Source: Bdellovibrio sp. (lineage in GTDB: Bacteria > Bdellovibrionota > Bdellovibrionia > Bdellovibrionales > Bdellovibrionaceae). From it: a DNA stretch of 64,000 nt. Location of the stretch: NCBI GenBank assembly GCA_020720425.1, contig DYOP01000001.1:33306-97305 (forward strand), read 5' to 3'. Positions 62,369 through 64,000 of the stretch are shown piece after piece (positions within the stretch are counted from its first letter, which is position 1; every line of letters starts with the position of its first letter). Position numbers and translations under genes: made by a program. The notes below the pieces were generated by a model that saw nothing but the letters and a program-made list of their open reading frames with translations, did not search any database and was not told where the DNA came from.

Positions 62369-62872
62369 ATGTTTGCTATTTTTGATACAACAATGGGGAC
62401 TTTTAAAATTCAATTATTTAACGACAAGGCCCCTAAAACGGTAGAAAACTTTGTTGACTTAGTAGAAGGAACCAAAGAATGGTCTGATCCTAAAACGGGT
62501 CAAAAAGTAAAAAAACCTTTTTATAATGGCTTAAACTTTCATCGTGTTATCCCAAGGTTTATGATTCAAGGGGGTTGCCCTCTAGGAACAGGGACCGGTG
62601 GGCCGGGTTACCGTTTTGCTGATGAGTTTCACCCAGAACTGAAACATTCAAAACCAGGCATTTTATCAATGGCCAATGCTGGTCCAAACACAAATGGAAG
62701 CCAGTTTTTTATTACGGTAGCGCCCACTCCTCACCTTGATGGTCGTCATACTGTTTTTGGAGAGGTTGTTGAGGGAATGGATCATGTCATGAGCATTTCT
62801 AATGCCAAAACAGGTGCACAAGATAAGCCGATTGTGCCTGTGATTATTAATTCAGTAACAATTATAAAATAA
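62369..62872 (+). CDS. ppiB: cyclophilin-type peptidyl-prolyl cis-trans isomerase
   Basis: [33 protein letters not shown] at 62369 ([12 protein letters not shown]) follows AGGAG. The alternative ATG at 62222 would add a 49-aa signal-anchor-like extension. Confidence 0.9.
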   Translation: MFAIFDTTMGTFKIQLFNDKAPKTVENFVDLVEGTKEWSDPKTGQKVKKPFYNGLNFHRVIPRFMIQGGCPLGTGTGGPGYRFADEFHPELKHSKPGILSMANAGPNTNGSQFFITVAPTPHLDGRHTVFGEVVEGMDHVMSISNAKTGAQDKPIVPVIINSVTIIK

Positions 62873-62917
62873 ATCATTTCTATTACATTTTAGTATGAGT
62901 GAAGTATTAGTAAAGCA

Positions 62918-64000
62918 TTAGTGACCTGCGGGACCTTTAAGGTATTTATTTAATCTTGGGTCTGAGGCTAGGTTTTCTTTTATTAAGGATTCACCATTAA
63001 ATGTGGCCTTATTGGTTAACGAAATAATTTGCGTCCAATTGATCAGGTTTTTAATTTGGTAGTCAACAGCTGTTAAAAGAGCTTGATTAACTCGTTCATT
63101 CGGCTCGGAGGGCAGCTCTAACAGTAGGGCTTGATACTGCTCAAGCCATTTTTCACTTAAGCTTTGAAGGTTAACCATAGAAGTTGAGTCAGAAAAATGG
63201 GGGGCATCTAAAACTATATTAGAAGAAATCTTAAGAAGCGTATTTGTTAATGAAATCAACTCCATTTCGGCGGGAAGAAGCTTATTTTTTTGAAGGTCTA
63301 AAACATAATGAGCCCAATCAAGAGCCTGTTGATCTCGATTTTTATTATACGAAAATAAGGGGTCTTTATCGGCTAATCGAAGAGAAAAGAGCTTAGCTAA
63401 ATAAAATCTAAAAATATCATTTTGTAAGGCTAAGGCCGAATTATGAAATCCGCCTGAGCGATTTTGCCAGCTGATTTGGTCAATTTTAAAATGTTCTTCT
63501 TTGAATTCATGAATAATATCTGAATATTTACTGGCATAGTCATCTAAAGCTATAAATAATTGAGGTTCAACTTGAGCCTTCCACCACAGGGCGATTTCTG
63601 AGCCAGCTGAAGAGGCTGAAAAAGCAGGTAACTTTTTATTTGAATAGATTAATAAATCTAATGCTGATTGGTTTGCATTTGATGTGGGGTGAGCAAAAGT
63701 AATGTTACCAATAAGATCAAAGGGCATCCACTTTTTGGGCTGATCATAAACTAAAGGTATCGAATCATCGGTTACCCGAGGGGGAGTAAAGCTGGCCTTA
63801 AAACCACTTAAATTTGAAGAAATTAAATTTGATTTTGCATTTGGCCCTGTGAGCATTTGAGTTACTAAATAGGAAGTTAAATTTTTATTCGCGTCGGGTT
63901 TTAAAAATCCGGTAAAAGGGTTTGACTGGTAGTTAGAATTTATTTTTGGCAAAATTTCAAGATACAATGAACCTTTTGTAAGTAAGGGTGTGGCATTAAT
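62918..64000 (-). CDS. hypothetical protein, 5' end beyond window
   Basis: The reading frame stays open from 63967 to the window edge; I translated 63968-64000 and found no stop. No family recognised. Confidence 0.5.
   Translation of the reverse strand: MNATPLLTKGSLYLEILPKINSNYQSNPFTGFLKPDANKNLTSYLVTQMLTGPNAKSNLISSNLSGFKASFTPPRVTDDSIPLVYDQPKKWMPFDLIGNITFAHPTSNANQSALDLLIYSNKKLPAFSASSAGSEIALWWKAQVEPQLFIALDDYASKYSDIIHEFKEEHFKIDQISWQNRSGGFHNSALALQNDIFRFYLAKLFSLRLADKDPLFSYNKNRDQQALDWAHYVLDLQKNKLLPAEMELISLTNTLLKISSNIVLDAPHFSDSTSMVNLQSLSEKWLEQYQALLLELPSEPNERVNQALLTAVDYQIKNLINWTQIISLTNKATFNGESLIKENLASDPRLNKYLKGPAGH

Overview
This window is the chromosomal replication-origin neighbourhood of a low-GC (my estimate by eye is high 30s %) Gram-negative bacterium. 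All calls rest on reading the sequence and on remembered family motifs; no searches were run.

Gene content:
- Left of about 6.8 kb, on the minus strand: rsmG(partial)-mnmG-mnmE-jag-yidC-yidD-rnpA-rpmH.
- To the right, on the plus strand: dnaA-dnaN-recF-gyrB-gyrA, a TPR-like lipoprotein, then a partial F-ATPase Fo cluster (atpZ-atpI-atpB-atpE).
- The rest is mostly housekeeping and envelope genes: PMM/PGM, pdxA, three tandem SurA/parvulin paralogues, DUF374, etfBA, sdhCAB, mgsA, rpsF, rplI, dnaB, queE, ftsK, tsaC/sua5, an RRM protein, slyD and tolQRAB.
- Secreted and envelope-remodelling proteins are interspersed: an S8 protease, an M13-like protease, a lytic-transglycosylase-like lipoprotein, AmpG and a patatin.
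- The content (many secreted hydrolases, RRM/RGG protein, tandem FHA, Fis-type HTH) fits a Bdellovibrionota-like organism. That is inference only.

What I did not find: rRNA, tRNA, CRISPR, transposase, integrase, prophage or a recognisable defence island. I also found no convincing multi-gene novel system.

Best unexplained signals:
1. A 394-bp convergent intergenic region (36958-37351). It holds a 179-nt rod-like imperfect palindrome, which is a candidate structured RNA with 6S-like architecture. Next to it are helically phased TGAATCA repeats.
2. An origin-type cluster of five DnaA boxes in the dnaA-dnaN spacer, followed by an unusually long ORF-free AT-rich dnaN-recF spacer.
3. A few orphan secreted proteins and tightly coupled operons of unknown function.
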